Part shown: positions 22,001 through 32,485 of the stretch, in pieces
How positions within the stretch are numbered: position 1 is the first letter of the stretch
Layout: each line of letters starts with the position of its first letter
Assembly: GCA_000004985.1 (NCBI GenBank)
Contig: GG738875.1
Length of the DNA stretch: 64,000 nucleotides
Strand: one strand, 5' to 3'
DNA from: Naegleria gruberi
Taxonomy: Eukaryota
Program-made: the position numbers and the translations under genes
The notes under the pieces: generated by a model
What the model was told of the DNA's origin: nothing
Seen by the model: only the letters and a program-made list of their open reading frames with translations
Databases searched by the model: none

Positions 22001-24245
22001 CTTGAAATATTTGTAACAGAGAAAACAAATCTCCACCATCATTATGAAATAAACTCTTGCTCAACAATTTTGCTTGTGATTTTTTAAACAAAATATCAGA
22101 TATACTCATCATTGAAACAATAATAACCATTAAATCAGCTACACCCTTCAAATTTGCTTGAATAATCATTCTAGACAGTGTTGGTTCTGTCTGTAACTCA
22201 CAAGCCATAGTGCCAAACTCAGTGATGACACCTTCATGAACAAAGCCAAGCTTTTCCAGAGATCCAACCTCTTTAGTGATTCTTTCTATGGATGGCATTT
22301 CTAATAGTTCAAAAGCGTTTATATCGGTAACACCACATGATAATATTTGCAAAATAGATATACCAAGATGACTTCTCATAATTTCAGCTTCTGAAGCTAA
22401 TTTCATTCTCTGATATTCTACTTGTGGATATAATCTATAACATATTCCAGAACTATTTCTTCCTACTCTTCCTTTCCTTTGCAGAGCACAGGATTGAGAG
22501 ATGGAAACAGTTTTAAGTATTGACATATTCCTGTCATTATCATAGAATTTTTGTCTCATTAATCCAGAGTCTATAACTATTCTTAATGAAGGAATAGTAA
22601 TGGATGTTTCTGCAACATTTGTCGAAAATATAATCTTTCTCATAGACTTTGATTGATCGAAAATCTTTTTCAATTCAAAACTATCAATTTTTCCATGTAG
22701 AGCAATTATTTGGCAAGACGTTCCAAGGCTCTTTTTAGCCATTTTGCAACATTTGGTAACATCTTCTCTAGATGCAAGAAAAACCAGAATATCTCCTTCA
22801 TGTAGATTATTCTTGACAATGTCAGTAACCTTTCTAGTTGCCTGTTCACAAGTATTTGCTTCTCTTGAATGAGAGAAATACTCCACAACAGGGTAACTTT
22901 GATGTTCTAGTTTCTTGATTGGGCAGTTATCAAAAAACATTGAAAACAAATCTTCATTGATTGTTGCAGAGGATATCAAGACTTTTAAGGGATTGTTCAA
23001 AGCTCTTCTTCTCTTTACACAATCCTTTAATAATGAAAGTAGAATATCGGTATAAATTGATCTTTCATGCGCTTCATCAACAATAATAATAGAATAACTT
23101 AATAGGAGTTGATCATTCTGATACTCATTCAATAAACAACGATCTGTGACAAAATTAATAGATACTCTGTTGTTCCTTTTCCTTTTCTCGCCAAGCTTGC
23201 ATGAAACAATAGATTTATCTCTCAATTCTTCAGAAACTCTATTAGCAAGAGTGATACAGGTCAATTTTCTGGGTTGTGTGCATGCTATTGATTTATAGCC
23301 ATGTTCTAAAAGATACTGAGGAATTTGGGTACTCTTTCCAGCACCAGTAGAACAACTACAAATAACAACATCATTCTGGTCCAATAATTCCAAAATTTCG
23401 TTCCTTATCGAATAAATTGGGAGTCTGTTGGTGGTAATCCTTCCACATTCAATCTCTGTGGCCTTTAGCTTTTGCACCATACTGGTGGTTGATTGGAGAA
23501 TTAGCTTCATTCTTGCGGAGAATGTTTTGCATTGATTCTCTATCATTTTCAAATCATTAATTAATATTTGTACCTTTTCCAAGTACTTTTGATAGTCAAA
23601 CGTTTTAACAAGATGATGTTTGCTTTTGTTAATTTCCTCTTCCTTTTCCTTTAGCACATTCAAAGCCTGTACTATCTTGGTATCAATCAAATTCTTTAAT
23701 TTTTCATTACTATCTTGTTTGACGACACGTGTAGTTTTTTGCTGTTGTGGTTGTATAGTACTACTATTTTGTGCTGCATTTTCCTGTTGTTTTAATTTTG
23801 GTTGTTGAACAAGCTTTGCTTTCTTATTTTTCTTTTTTTTTAAATTATTTTCTAAAAGTTGTTTTGGTGGGTTTTCTTGTGAAACATATTGTTGTTTGTT
23901 TTCAACTTGGTTAATGATGGTTGGTGAAGACAATTTGCTTGTGAATGCTCCATTTTGTTGGTGATTTGAAGTTGCAAACTTTTTTCTTCTCTCCTCCTTT
24001 TTGATTTGATTGGAAGGAACTAGAGTTGATGTGTTTTTGCTGAGTTTGCTATTATTTGGATTATTCGATGATGTTATTTTGGAGGATGATGGAGTAGTGT
24101 CCTCATTATCATTGGTACTTTGTTTGATTGGTTCTGTAACTACTTTGTCTATTACCTTGACAAACAACTTTCGTTGTTGCGGTTTCTTCTTCTTCTTGAT
24201 TGCTGGATCATGCTCCACATTCACAGGGCTTGGTTTTGTATCCAT
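19035..24245 (-). CDS. Giant DEAH-box helicase fused to a C-terminal RING-between-RING (RBR) E3 ligase module; join(19035..19361,19422..24245), 60-nt intron inside RING2
   Basis: Helicase motifs I (GAGKST), II (DEAH in IIVDEAHERS), III (SAT) and VI (QRKGRVGR) are present. The C-terminus has RING1 (CPICFERM...CNHEICKDC), an IBR (CPKNCGSVC...CQTCNLSFCKEC) and RING2. RING2 reads CPSCSQRIEKSEGCNHMTCCYCGQHFCWLC only after removing the GTAAGT..AG intron; the ORF track reads through it. Confidence 0.65.
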   Translation of the reverse strand: MDTKPSPVNVEHDPAIKKKKKPQQRKLFVKVIDKVVTEPIKQSTNDNEDTTPSSSKITSSNNPNNSKLSKNTSTLVPSNQIKKEERRKKFATSNHQQNGAFTSKLSSPTIINQVENKQQYVSQENPPKQLLENNLKKKKNKKAKLVQQPKLKQQENAAQNSSTIQPQQQKTTRVVKQDSNEKLKNLIDTKIVQALNVLKEKEEEINKSKHHLVKTFDYQKYLEKVQILINDLKMIENQCKTFSARMKLILQSTTSMVQKLKATEIECGRITTNRLPIYSIRNEILELLDQNDVVICSCSTGAGKSTQIPQYLLEHGYKSIACTQPRKLTCITLANRVSEELRDKSIVSCKLGEKRKRNNRVSINFVTDRCLLNEYQNDQLLLSYSIIIVDEAHERSIYTDILLSLLKDCVKRRRALNNPLKVLISSATINEDLFSMFFDNCPIKKLEHQSYPVVEYFSHSREANTCEQATRKVTDIVKNNLHEGDILVFLASREDVTKCCKMAKKSLGTSCQIIALHGKIDSFELKKIFDQSKSMRKIIFSTNVAETSITIPSLRIVIDSGLMRQKFYDNDRNMSILKTVSISQSCALQRKGRVGRNSSGICYRLYPQVEYQRMKLASEAEIMRSHLGISILQILSCGVTDINAFELLEMPSIERITKEVGSLEKLGFVHEGVITEFGTMACELQTEPTLSRMIIQANLKGVADLMVIIVSMMSISDILFKKSQAKLLSKSLFHNDGGDLFSLLQIFQEYSQQSNKEEWSLKNNINVQYLKNAEMNLKDFKNKINFFKKKRIIRKECISKEQLLKESIIESQYQNLAYFDGYLPNMTKVYYIPSLKQRAFIHNSSHQFLGDPKPFILFSDLVRTDKLYMRNITPIDLKEILHFYPQLETNMIVSKVKEELRVKLPSIVSEDLKFRNTEFIEEVERQLGHVIEIDSTDSSIKVYCDQGERFNIISQIKEVIEIAKKRALSQILELEIENGLDDDSSGLRIMVSSGCKVKGLIFPNEFTKLQVDNLPLGCDDDTLRNLFLPYHTLDARVYSSLPNDSFASGYVVFTNFSVATTVYHKFKETYKLTPVLFNTKSSNESALVRLKWNIGPNNGYCLIGFKNGNNSATINNITHDRIFSSQLGPAGLRFQIKKTKNKDTLEIRNIYDHIDAKFVKVLLDNRHIDYHFVSILRRPVVVENDLIQGVLLSKVQSFQSLEFLDILNIDTYKQFGEALVCFTDQKDAKSAAQALNSTKFMGAILWANSIHRDSVTVPTEVTELLKFELQCLIDNCKAKIKYNTSRKNAENYKTEISIQSANLEDFNEAKKNVVALVKPLSLHLTHQTIQYASRKRKQLDQIENRNQVFISINSKTRTIEIFGLIDDKHNAKEEIMQLVEGHSKTLTIHLKYLKSITGNAGKPFQELKTQFANCDISLNVKTKELIVDGNEKDQHAIQQYVTELMENYEQNHNVEHTDDDCPICFERMTNPFRTIGCNHEICKDCFRFQIQNPNSFVCSCCEMDLSISEILMYLETKQEKTYTKALEDFLLENPESYKYCPKNCGSVCRIDGSDIICQTCNLSFCKECEKKSHKGQKCGDEDKTREWMNTKTKPCPSCSQRIEKSEGCNHMSKFLNLFISELTCSLILACCYCGQHFCWLCLKGFATGQATYAHFRAGSCLTFDVPPEIIRPRQVNPPVNNQIPLQLIPQPNPQPVPARIRPLIIPPQPQQLQQPQPNNPQPQPPQRQGLLNCLVM

Positions 24246-24425
24246 TTTCTTTATTCTTGTGAGTATTGATTGGTTTTTACGTTTTTTTAAATGACAGGAC
24301 TGATGGGAATTCCCAACTATAAAGCCTCAAGCTAAAGAACTTGGAAATTCGAAATTAAATTTTTAAAAATAAAAAAATCAAAACTATTATACCTCATTCA
24401 GAGATTATTAATTGGAATAACAATA

Positions 24426-24896
24426 ATGGGGAACGTACAAGAACCAGCTAAACCTGCCGTTGCAAAACAACAAATAATTACTGGTTGTTTATCGGAATTC
24501 ATGAAAACCGTTCCTATCGAGATTAAACTTTATACATTTTCATATGTTCCGATGGAGGATTTTCCCAAATTACTGCTCATTACCAAACCACTAAAGAATT
24601 CAATACTAAGGAATGATGAAATATTTGTATTTTATTATAAAGATTTTAGAGAAAGGGCACTAATTGAAATATCAAAGCTAAATGGAACAATTAACATGGG
24701 GCCAAGATTGGATATAGAAGTTAGCGATGAAATGTTTAATCCATCTCTTCCTCTTAGTATTGATCAAGTTCAAACCAAATCGAATAGTCAGAAGATATCG
24801 AAAAATTACAAAAAATTACAACAAGTTGTACAGAATCACATTGCATTGAGAAATAGTATTGAGAGATTGACTGTTAGTGTAAAGGCTCCAAAGTAA
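24426..24896 (+). CDS. Small F-box-like protein (156 aa); paralog of 13369..13833
   Basis: MGNVQEP... N-terminus with the same core as the gene at 13369 (VPIEIKLYTFSYVPMEDFPKLLLITKPL...FVFYYKDF). Confidence 0.4.
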   Translation: MGNVQEPAKPAVAKQQIITGCLSEFMKTVPIEIKLYTFSYVPMEDFPKLLLITKPLKNSILRNDEIFVFYYKDFRERALIEISKLNGTINMGPRLDIEVSDEMFNPSLPLSIDQVQTKSNSQKISKNYKKLQQVVQNHIALRNSIERLTVSVKAPK

Positions 24897-25256
24897 CTGG
24901 GCTATCTACATGTCAAATTGCAAACTTAAATAATCTAGATCAACAAGATTTCAAAAATCAACAGGAAAATATTAATTAAGTCAGTAGTCATAAGTAGTCA
25001 ACAATTAAATAATATTCAATAATCCTTGTTTTTAGGGTTTTCGAAGAATTTCATTGAAAAGTGAAACTTCTAAAGGGATGATGTGTATTTCAATCAACAT
25101 TCTGTGCGAATATTATTTTTTCCTTCAAGGTTCACCACCATTCAATCAGTTGCATATCTTCTTTTTAAGTATTTATAGAAATTCCACTACTAATACTGTC
25201 AATTAAAGCAACAAAAAATAACACAACATCAATAAGAAGAAAGTATTCATTCCGAA

Positions 25257-26963
25257 ATGATATCAACAAAAAGTGAATCATCACACTTACAAGACATAAC
25301 AATTGAACAACCATTGAAAAACAAGACAAACCTTCCTTGTTACATTATCAAGAATTTTCTCACACCGAAAGAATGTTCGGAATTTATTGAAAAAGCTGTG
25401 AAAATTGGATTTGATTTGGCCTCTCATGATTACCCACCTTCCTACAGAAATAATGAGAGAATTATAATGGATGACGAAGAGTTGGCAGAGAAAATGACCA
25501 AGAAATTGAAACCAATGCTTGATAGTTTGAATTTAGTGGAATTTGAAAAGGATGGATTGGAATGTGAATTGAAAAGTGTCAATTCTAGATTTAGATTGTG
25601 TAGATATCAAGAAGGACAAGAATTTAGAATTCATCAAGATGGTGTTCATTACAAATCAAAGTTTGTCAAGTCAATTTTGACATTTATGATTTATTTGAAT
25701 GAAGAATTTGATAATGGACATACAATTTTCTTCAAGTCTGGACCTTCCTCAAACCCTCCAGAAGAAATGGGAAAATACAAACCTCAATGTGGTGATTTGA
25801 TAGTATTTGATCATGAATTGTGGCATTCTGGAGAAATTGTCAATAATGGTATCAAATATGTCATGAGGAGTGATATCATTTATGATACTATCCCTATTAG
25901 TTTTGGAAATAATTCAATCGGAACAATGGAATCATTGGAAAATTCGAACAATTGGAATAATTCTCACAATGGATATGTTTGGAAATTAATCAAGGTTGGA
26001 AAAGATGATTCCTTAATTGCTAGCGGAGGAAGAGACACCACTATAAATATTTTCAACGAATCACTGCAAATCCAATTCAAACTTGAGGGTCACCAAAAAT
26101 CAGTGCTTGGCTTATCGAAAATGGCAAATAATCAAATGGTTTCCATTTCCAGAGACCGATCAATTAAGATTTGGGACCTGGAAACGAGAGAATGTATTTT
26201 CACCAAAGAGCAAGCTCACAATCATACAGGATTATGTGTAGAAGCGGATCCTTTTGATTCTTCAATAATTGCTTCTGGCTCTGCTGATTGTATCATCAAA
26301 CTTTGGAAATTTGTTGATGGAAAATTAGAATTGTCCAAACAATTTAACGGCCACAATGGATGGATTTGGTCTTTGAAATGGATTACAATTGAAGGAGAGA
26401 GGATGCTCTTGTCTGCATCTGAGGATGGATCCATACGAGTCTGGAATAGTGAAACTGGCTCGTGTCACATTATTGATCAATTACAAAATCCTCTTAGGTG
26501 CCTTACTACTTTTAATTATCCAAATTCACAAATGGACACCATTATTTGTCTTGGAGACAATGAAGGCAATCTCTATCTCTATTATGTAAAAGGGGGTTTT
26601 AGTAATTTTAGTACGAAACGAACAGAATTCAAGAACTTGCACAGGGCCTCAATAAGAACTGTTAAATTTATTAGTTCTCACATGATTGTAACAGGCTCTG
26701 AAGACTATTCTGTAATGTTATGGAAACTGAAGCATGAGCTTTCCTCAATACCTCAACTACATCATGTCTATACCTTCAATCACAATAATTTTGTCACAGA
26801 CTGTCTCTCACAATTTCACAATGAACAACAAGCACAAGAGGAGGATAATCAATTCGCCTCCTTCTTCACTTCCTCCTATGATGGCGCCATTAAGAAACAC
26901 CAAGTATCACTCTCATCGACAAGTCTTTCTTTAACTTTGCTTGGCATGATTGGTACCAATTAA
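25257..26963 (+). CDS. Prolyl-4-hydroxylase-like 2OG-Fe(II) oxygenase domain fused to C-terminal WD40 repeats (568 aa)
   Basis: N-terminal half has the P4Hc-type iron-binding triad: HxD (RIHQDG), distal His (ELWHSGEIV) and the 2OG Arg (KYVMRSD). C-terminal half has four or more WD repeats (SISRDRSIKIWDL, SGSADCIIKLWKF, SASEDGSIRVWN, TGSEDYSVMLWKL). Confidence 0.55.
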   Translation: MISTKSESSHLQDITIEQPLKNKTNLPCYIIKNFLTPKECSEFIEKAVKIGFDLASHDYPPSYRNNERIIMDDEELAEKMTKKLKPMLDSLNLVEFEKDGLECELKSVNSRFRLCRYQEGQEFRIHQDGVHYKSKFVKSILTFMIYLNEEFDNGHTIFFKSGPSSNPPEEMGKYKPQCGDLIVFDHELWHSGEIVNNGIKYVMRSDIIYDTIPISFGNNSIGTMESLENSNNWNNSHNGYVWKLIKVGKDDSLIASGGRDTTINIFNESLQIQFKLEGHQKSVLGLSKMANNQMVSISRDRSIKIWDLETRECIFTKEQAHNHTGLCVEADPFDSSIIASGSADCIIKLWKFVDGKLELSKQFNGHNGWIWSLKWITIEGERMLLSASEDGSIRVWNSETGSCHIIDQLQNPLRCLTTFNYPNSQMDTIICLGDNEGNLYLYYVKGGFSNFSTKRTEFKNLHRASIRTVKFISSHMIVTGSEDYSVMLWKLKHELSSIPQLHHVYTFNHNNFVTDCLSQFHNEQQAQEEDNQFASFFTSSYDGAIKKHQVSLSSTSLSLTLLGMIGTN

Positions 26964-27126
26964 GGATGCACAAAAAGAGCCTTTACACCGGTCAAGCTCC
27001 TCATCTTATCAGAAGCAAACATGGTCGAGTTTAACAATTAAGAAAAATCGAAACAAAAAAAAACCGCCCTTCTACGGAGGAAAGAGATCCACACACGGAG
27101 ACGTCATTTTCATCAGCGAGTGAGAT

Positions 27127-29701
27127 ATGCCTTGCGGAAAGGAAGTAAATCATGTTCGGATAGAGCCCTCTAATATTATTGTTTGTAATCATCAGATGAT
27201 GAAGGAGAATGGACCATTACCATCAACATCAACATCATCATGTAAATTAAGGCACCATAAGGATGTACTACTGCTGCATCCAAAGAGGAACAAAACAAGA
27301 AAAGTTTCCAAGTGTAAAGTAGAAACAACACGTAGTGTTGATTGTGATGATTCTTCGTCTTCAGCATCACACTCGGTACCATCAATATTAAATGTGGTAC
27401 TAAGGTTCAAAAGCCTATTCTTCCTCATATGCTTCTTCTTCTTCTTCTCACATGATACATGCCTTGTTGGAAAGGTAGAGGCGATAACATGCCCAAACGG
27501 AGTGGATAATCTTCACATACAAACAAATTGGGTGATGCAAGCACAATATGGTGCCTTTCAAGCAGCAGTGGAGATGGGATTTTATGATAATGAATGTTTG
27601 AATGTTGTTATCAAATTGGGTATGTTGTACAAGAAATGTTGAACATTGTTGACATGATCTTACATCTATAACAATGTTAAATATTTTATGATAATGTTAT
27701 CATTGTATTATGTACAACGATGATGTGGATCAACATGCCTCAAATTATATGATAAAAAAGGTGGACCTAATGCTGATCCAATAGCAGTAATTAAAAGTGG
27801 TGAAGCTCAATTGGGAGTTTTCTTATATTCGAGAGTTTTGGTCAATAGAGAGCTTGGCTTGGACTTTGTAAATATTTTCCAACATTATTCGAGAGGTGGA
27901 TTGACAATGGTTTCGAGGACAGAATCTGAGATATCAACCTTCCCACAATTCAAAGGGAAGAATATTGGATATTGGGTTGGTAATGATTACTCCCTGCTTG
28001 CCACAATGAAGAAATATAATATAGATACCAAAACGGAAATGAGCTTGAGATTGCAATCTTTCTCAATTTTACCATTGTTGGAACAACCTGAAAGGTAGGT
28101 TAATATTTTCTTGACTTTTTACCTTTAATTTTTTTCTAAACATTTTACTATTAAGATATGATGTTATTATGGCAATGGGATATGATCAATTGGGAAATCT
28201 TTTGATGACTGCAAAGAAAGATTCAAGTGGAAAACCGACTGATGAATTGTATTCGATTGGAAGAGATTTAAATATCTTGGATTTCAATGCAGAACAAACT
28301 GCCATGTTGGAAGATTGTATTGTTATGAACAAGGCTTGGTATGACACCAATCCAATCAAAAATAAGGACATTCTAGTTCGTTTCTTGAAAGCAACTATTA
28401 AGGGATTGATTACCTGTAGAGATTATGAAACCAAATGTTTCAATTTAATGCCAGATAAGAGTGCACATCAAGTTTGGTCAGTGAGAGAAGTCAACAAATT
28501 AATTTGGCCTGCTAATTTAAATGGAGTAGGATGGATGAATACTACCTTATTGAACAGAACTATAGACGTTGCTTACAAATTTGGAGTAATTAATTCATTA
28601 GCTTCAGCTAATGGATCTTATGATTCTCAATTTGTTGAAGAAGCCATGCGACAATTTAGAAAAGGACTAGCGGATGGAAGTATTTCAGATAAGTATTCTG
28701 ATTTAGTAGCACCAAACTATGGTCCAACCTCACACGAATTCTGCTATGACGTTACAACTGATACTGTTTTCATTTGTAATGGAAAACTTGATACCCTTCG
28801 TGTAACTGTACTTGTTGTAGGAATAGTATTGGGAAGTGTGATGGTAATGTCTGCCGTTTTGGGACTGTTGGCCATTGCGTTTGGCTTTACTCTCTTGAAG
28901 AAACGAAGAGAATTGCTAATGTTTGCCCCTACAGAAAAGGATGAATCATTCCCAATTGTTTTCACTGATATTCAACAATCAACAAAATTATGGAATGCCT
29001 TCCCAGAGGAAATGAAAATTGCTCTGGAACTTCACAATCAATTGCTGCGGAGATTATTAGATGAATATGAAGGATATGAATGTAAATCACAAGGAGATGG
29101 ATTGATGGTCGCTTTCAGAGATCCAATCAATGCATTGAAATGGATGTTGAGAAGTCAAGTGGAATTAATGAAATTGGATTGGCCAGAACATTTAATGGAT
29201 CAAGAACATGCAAAATTTGAGGTTGATAATGTTGGTAAAATGATATTCAGAGGATTGAGAGTGAGAATGGGAGGTGGAATGTGTAAACCAGATGTAAAAA
29301 GGGACAAAATTGGACGGATTGATTATCTAGGTAATGATGTGAATCAAGCTGCAAGAGTTGGAAGCATTGCAGTGGGTGGCCAAATTGTCATTCATCAAAA
29401 TTTGTATGAGGAAGTTTCACACAAACTTACGGACCTCATCATTAGAGGAGAAACAAAAGCTCCACCGTTCAATTTTCTAGGTTTCTACATGCTTAAAGGA
29501 ATTGACGGAGTTCATGCTCTGTATGACATATTGCCAGCAAGTATTCACTTTAGAAAATCTCTCTTTCCACCAATTTTCGATGAAGCAAAAGGACTTCTAA
29601 TTAAGGAACTTGAAGAAACAGCAATCATTGCCACAACCACAGATATAATGGACGAACCAGAAGCTCAAGGTTCAGGAGAGAAATCTAGCAATGAAATTTA
29701 A
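27127..29701 (+). CDS. Receptor-type class III nucleotidyl (adenylyl/guanylyl) cyclase, copy 1: extracellular NMT1/THI5/SsuA-like solute-binding domain, single TM, cyclase domain; 3 exons join(<27127..27619,27761..28094,28156..29701), 5' end uncertain
   Basis: Introns of 141 nt (GTATGT..AG) and 61 nt (GTAGGT..AG) lie at the same positions as in copy 2. The extracellular domain has a periplasmic solute-binding profile (AITCPNG...WVMQAQYGAFQAAVEMGFYD...KGKNIGYWVGNDYSLLA...YDVIMAMGYD). TM helix LVVGIVLGSVMVMSAVLGLLAIAFGF. Cyclase motifs IVFTDIQQSTKLW, KSQGDGLMVAF and YLGNDVNQAARV. No in-frame ATG sits immediately before the signal-like segment. Confidence 0.6.
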
Positions 29702-30156
29702 GGAATTCAAGCCCCTCCTGTGATGGACAGTAGACTAAACAATGAGATCCTCAATCTCCAAAATCGTTAAAGTCCAACCTTTTAAGAACCTCAACATTAT
29801 TTCTTAAGGACACTTTGGCGCTTAATATTCGCAACCCTTTATGGCAGTTTGGTCTGATGTGTACTGCAAAAACGACCAAATAAAGATCTGTAAAGCCTAA
29901 TTTCGTGCCCTTAGTAATCATCCCGTTTGACCTCACAAGAAATCATCTCTTTGCTATACTGATTCAACCCTCCTCCGCTAATTAATAACTTCTATTCAAG
30001 AAGAAAAAACCATCACATCAACAACTTTATTGTAGTTTTTAGAGAGAGATTAAGGATTGATTGGTATAGACTAAAATGATGATGGCAATATTCAATTCAA
30101 AAAGAAAGAATACATATCTGCTGCATCAAATAGGGCTTGTTGATGATATAAAGAAA

Positions 30157-32374
30157 ATGAAATTATATTCTTTTCATCAAGGAAAGACCTTATTTACAAC
30201 CTTCTTATTTATTGTACTACTTTTAATTGTGATGATGATCAATTGGGTAGAGGCCATTACTTGTCCTAATGGTGTTGATAATATAAATATACAAACAAAT
30301 TGGGTGATGCAGGCACAGTATGGTGCCTTTCAAGCAGCTGTTGAGATGGGATTTTATGATAATGAATGTTTGAATGTTGTTATCAAATTGGGTATGTTGT
30401 CATGTGTATTGTACTATTAACCTTGTTGTTACTGATCTGGTGTTGGTATCTTCTCTTATAAAATAGGTGGACCTAATGCTGATCCAATAGCAGTAATTAA
30501 AAGTGGTGAAGCTCAATTGGGAGTTTTCCTATATTCGAGAGTTTTGGTCAATAGAGAGCTGGGCTTAGATTTTGTAAATATTTTCCAACATTATTCGAGA
30601 GGTGGATTGACAATGGTTTCGAGGACAGAATCAGGGATTTCCTCTTTTCCACAGTTTAAGGGGAAGAATATTGGTTATTGGGTTGGTAATGATTACTCCT
30701 TATTAGCAACCATTAAGAAACATGGAATGGATCCAAAAACAGAAATGAGCTTGAGATTGCAATCTTTCTCAATTTTACCATTGTTGGAACAACCTGAAAG
30801 GTAGGTGTCTTTTAACTTGGATTTGTTGTTTTATTAATGCTAAACTATTAAGATATGATGTTATTATGGCAATGGGATATGATCAATTGGGAAATCTTTT
30901 GATGACTGCAAAGAAAGATTCAAATGGAAAATCAACTGAAGAATTGTATTCGATTGGAAGAGATTTAAATATCTTGGATTTCAATGCAGAACAGACTGCC
31001 ATGTTGGAAGATTGTATTGTGATGAACAAGGCATGGTATGACACTAATCCAATCAAAAATAAGGACATTCTAGTTCGTTTCTTGAAAGCCACTATTAAGG
31101 GATTGATTACATGTAGAGATTATGAAACAAAATGTTTCAATTTAATGCCAGATAAGAGTGCACATCAAGTTTGGTCAGTGAGAGAAGTCAACAAATTAAT
31201 TTGGCCTGCCAATTTAAATGGAATTGGTTCATTGAATGTTTCTCGTATCAATCAAACAATTGATATTGCTTACAAATTTGGAGTTATTAAATCGTTAGCT
31301 CCAGCCAATGGATCCTACGATTCTCAATTTGTGGACGAAGCTCTTAAGCACTTCAAAACAGGACTAGCCGATGGAACAGTCTTGAATACCTATTCTGATT
31401 TAGTAGCACCAAATTATGGTCCAACCTCACACGAATTTTGCTATGATCTAACAACTGAAACAGTTTTTATTTGTAATGGAAAAGTTAACTATTCAAATGT
31501 TATCATCGCTGTCATTGTTTCAGTTTTAGGATGTGCCCTACTGGTTGCTGCAATTATTGGTGCCTGTGCATTCATTGTTTGGAGAAGGCACGTGGCAAGA
31601 AGGAACAGAATTCTCGTCTATGCACCAACAGAAAAGGATGAATCATTCCCAATTGTTTTCACTGATATTCAACAATCAACAAAATTATGGAATGCAGCTC
31701 CTGATGATATGAAAATTGCTCTCGAGCTTCACAATCAACTACTAAGAAAATTGCTTGCAGAGTACGAGGGATATGAATGTAAATCACAAGGAGATGGATT
31801 GATGGTCGCATTCAGAGATCCAATCAATGCTTTGAAATGGATGTTGAGAAGTCAGGTGGAATTGATGAAATTAGATTGGCCAGAACATTTAATGGATCAA
31901 GAACATGCAAAATTCGAAGTTGACAATGTTGGTAAAATGATATTCAGAGGATTGAGAGTGAGAATGGGAGGTGGAATGTGTAAACCAGATGTCAAAAAAG
32001 ATTCCATGGATAAAGTTGACTATTTCGGCAATGATGTGAATCAAGCTGCAAGAGTTGGAAGTATTGCAGTGGGTGGCCAAATTGTCATTCACGAGAATTT
32101 ATATCACGAAATCATGACAAGACTTTCTGAGCTAATATTCAGAGGTGAAACCAAGTCACCTGTCGTTAACTTCCTTGGGCCATACTGTCTTAAAGGAATT
32201 GAAGGTGTGCATGTCTTGTATGATATTCTACCAGCTAGCATTCAAAACAGAAAGACATTATTCCCAACTGAATGTGATGAAGCTAAGGGAACATTGTGGA
32301 AACCAAGTGACTCGGATGGAAATACTCCACAACAATTAGTCGATCAATTAGAAAGCAAACGATTTGAAAAATAA
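30157..32374 (+). CDS. Receptor-type class III nucleotidyl cyclase, copy 2 (tandem paralog of copy 1); join(30157..30391,30467..30800,30853..32374)
   Basis: Same three-exon structure, with introns of 75 and 52 nt. Signal peptide MKLYSFHQGKTLFTTFLFIVLLLIV, solute-binding domain, TM helix VIIAVIVSVLGCALLVAAIIGACAFIV, then the cyclase domain. Both copies are intact. Confidence 0.65.
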
Positions 32375-32485
32375 ACATTTTCCAAAATGCACCCAATTTT
32401 CATCATTATTTTCAAAGATCTTTTCTACTGCTTAATCAAAATTGAATTTCACTCAAATTCTTAAAATAACATTGGAAAATCCAAA

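Noticed and set aside
27127-27420. Long N-terminal extension (MPCGKEVNH...) on cyclase copy 1 as real coding sequence
   Set aside because: Copy 2 starts with a Met directly before the signal peptide, and copy 1 lacks an in-frame ATG there. The upstream 95 codons are probably 5' UTR read in frame or hide an unrecognised splice. The feature's 5' end is left open rather than asserted.
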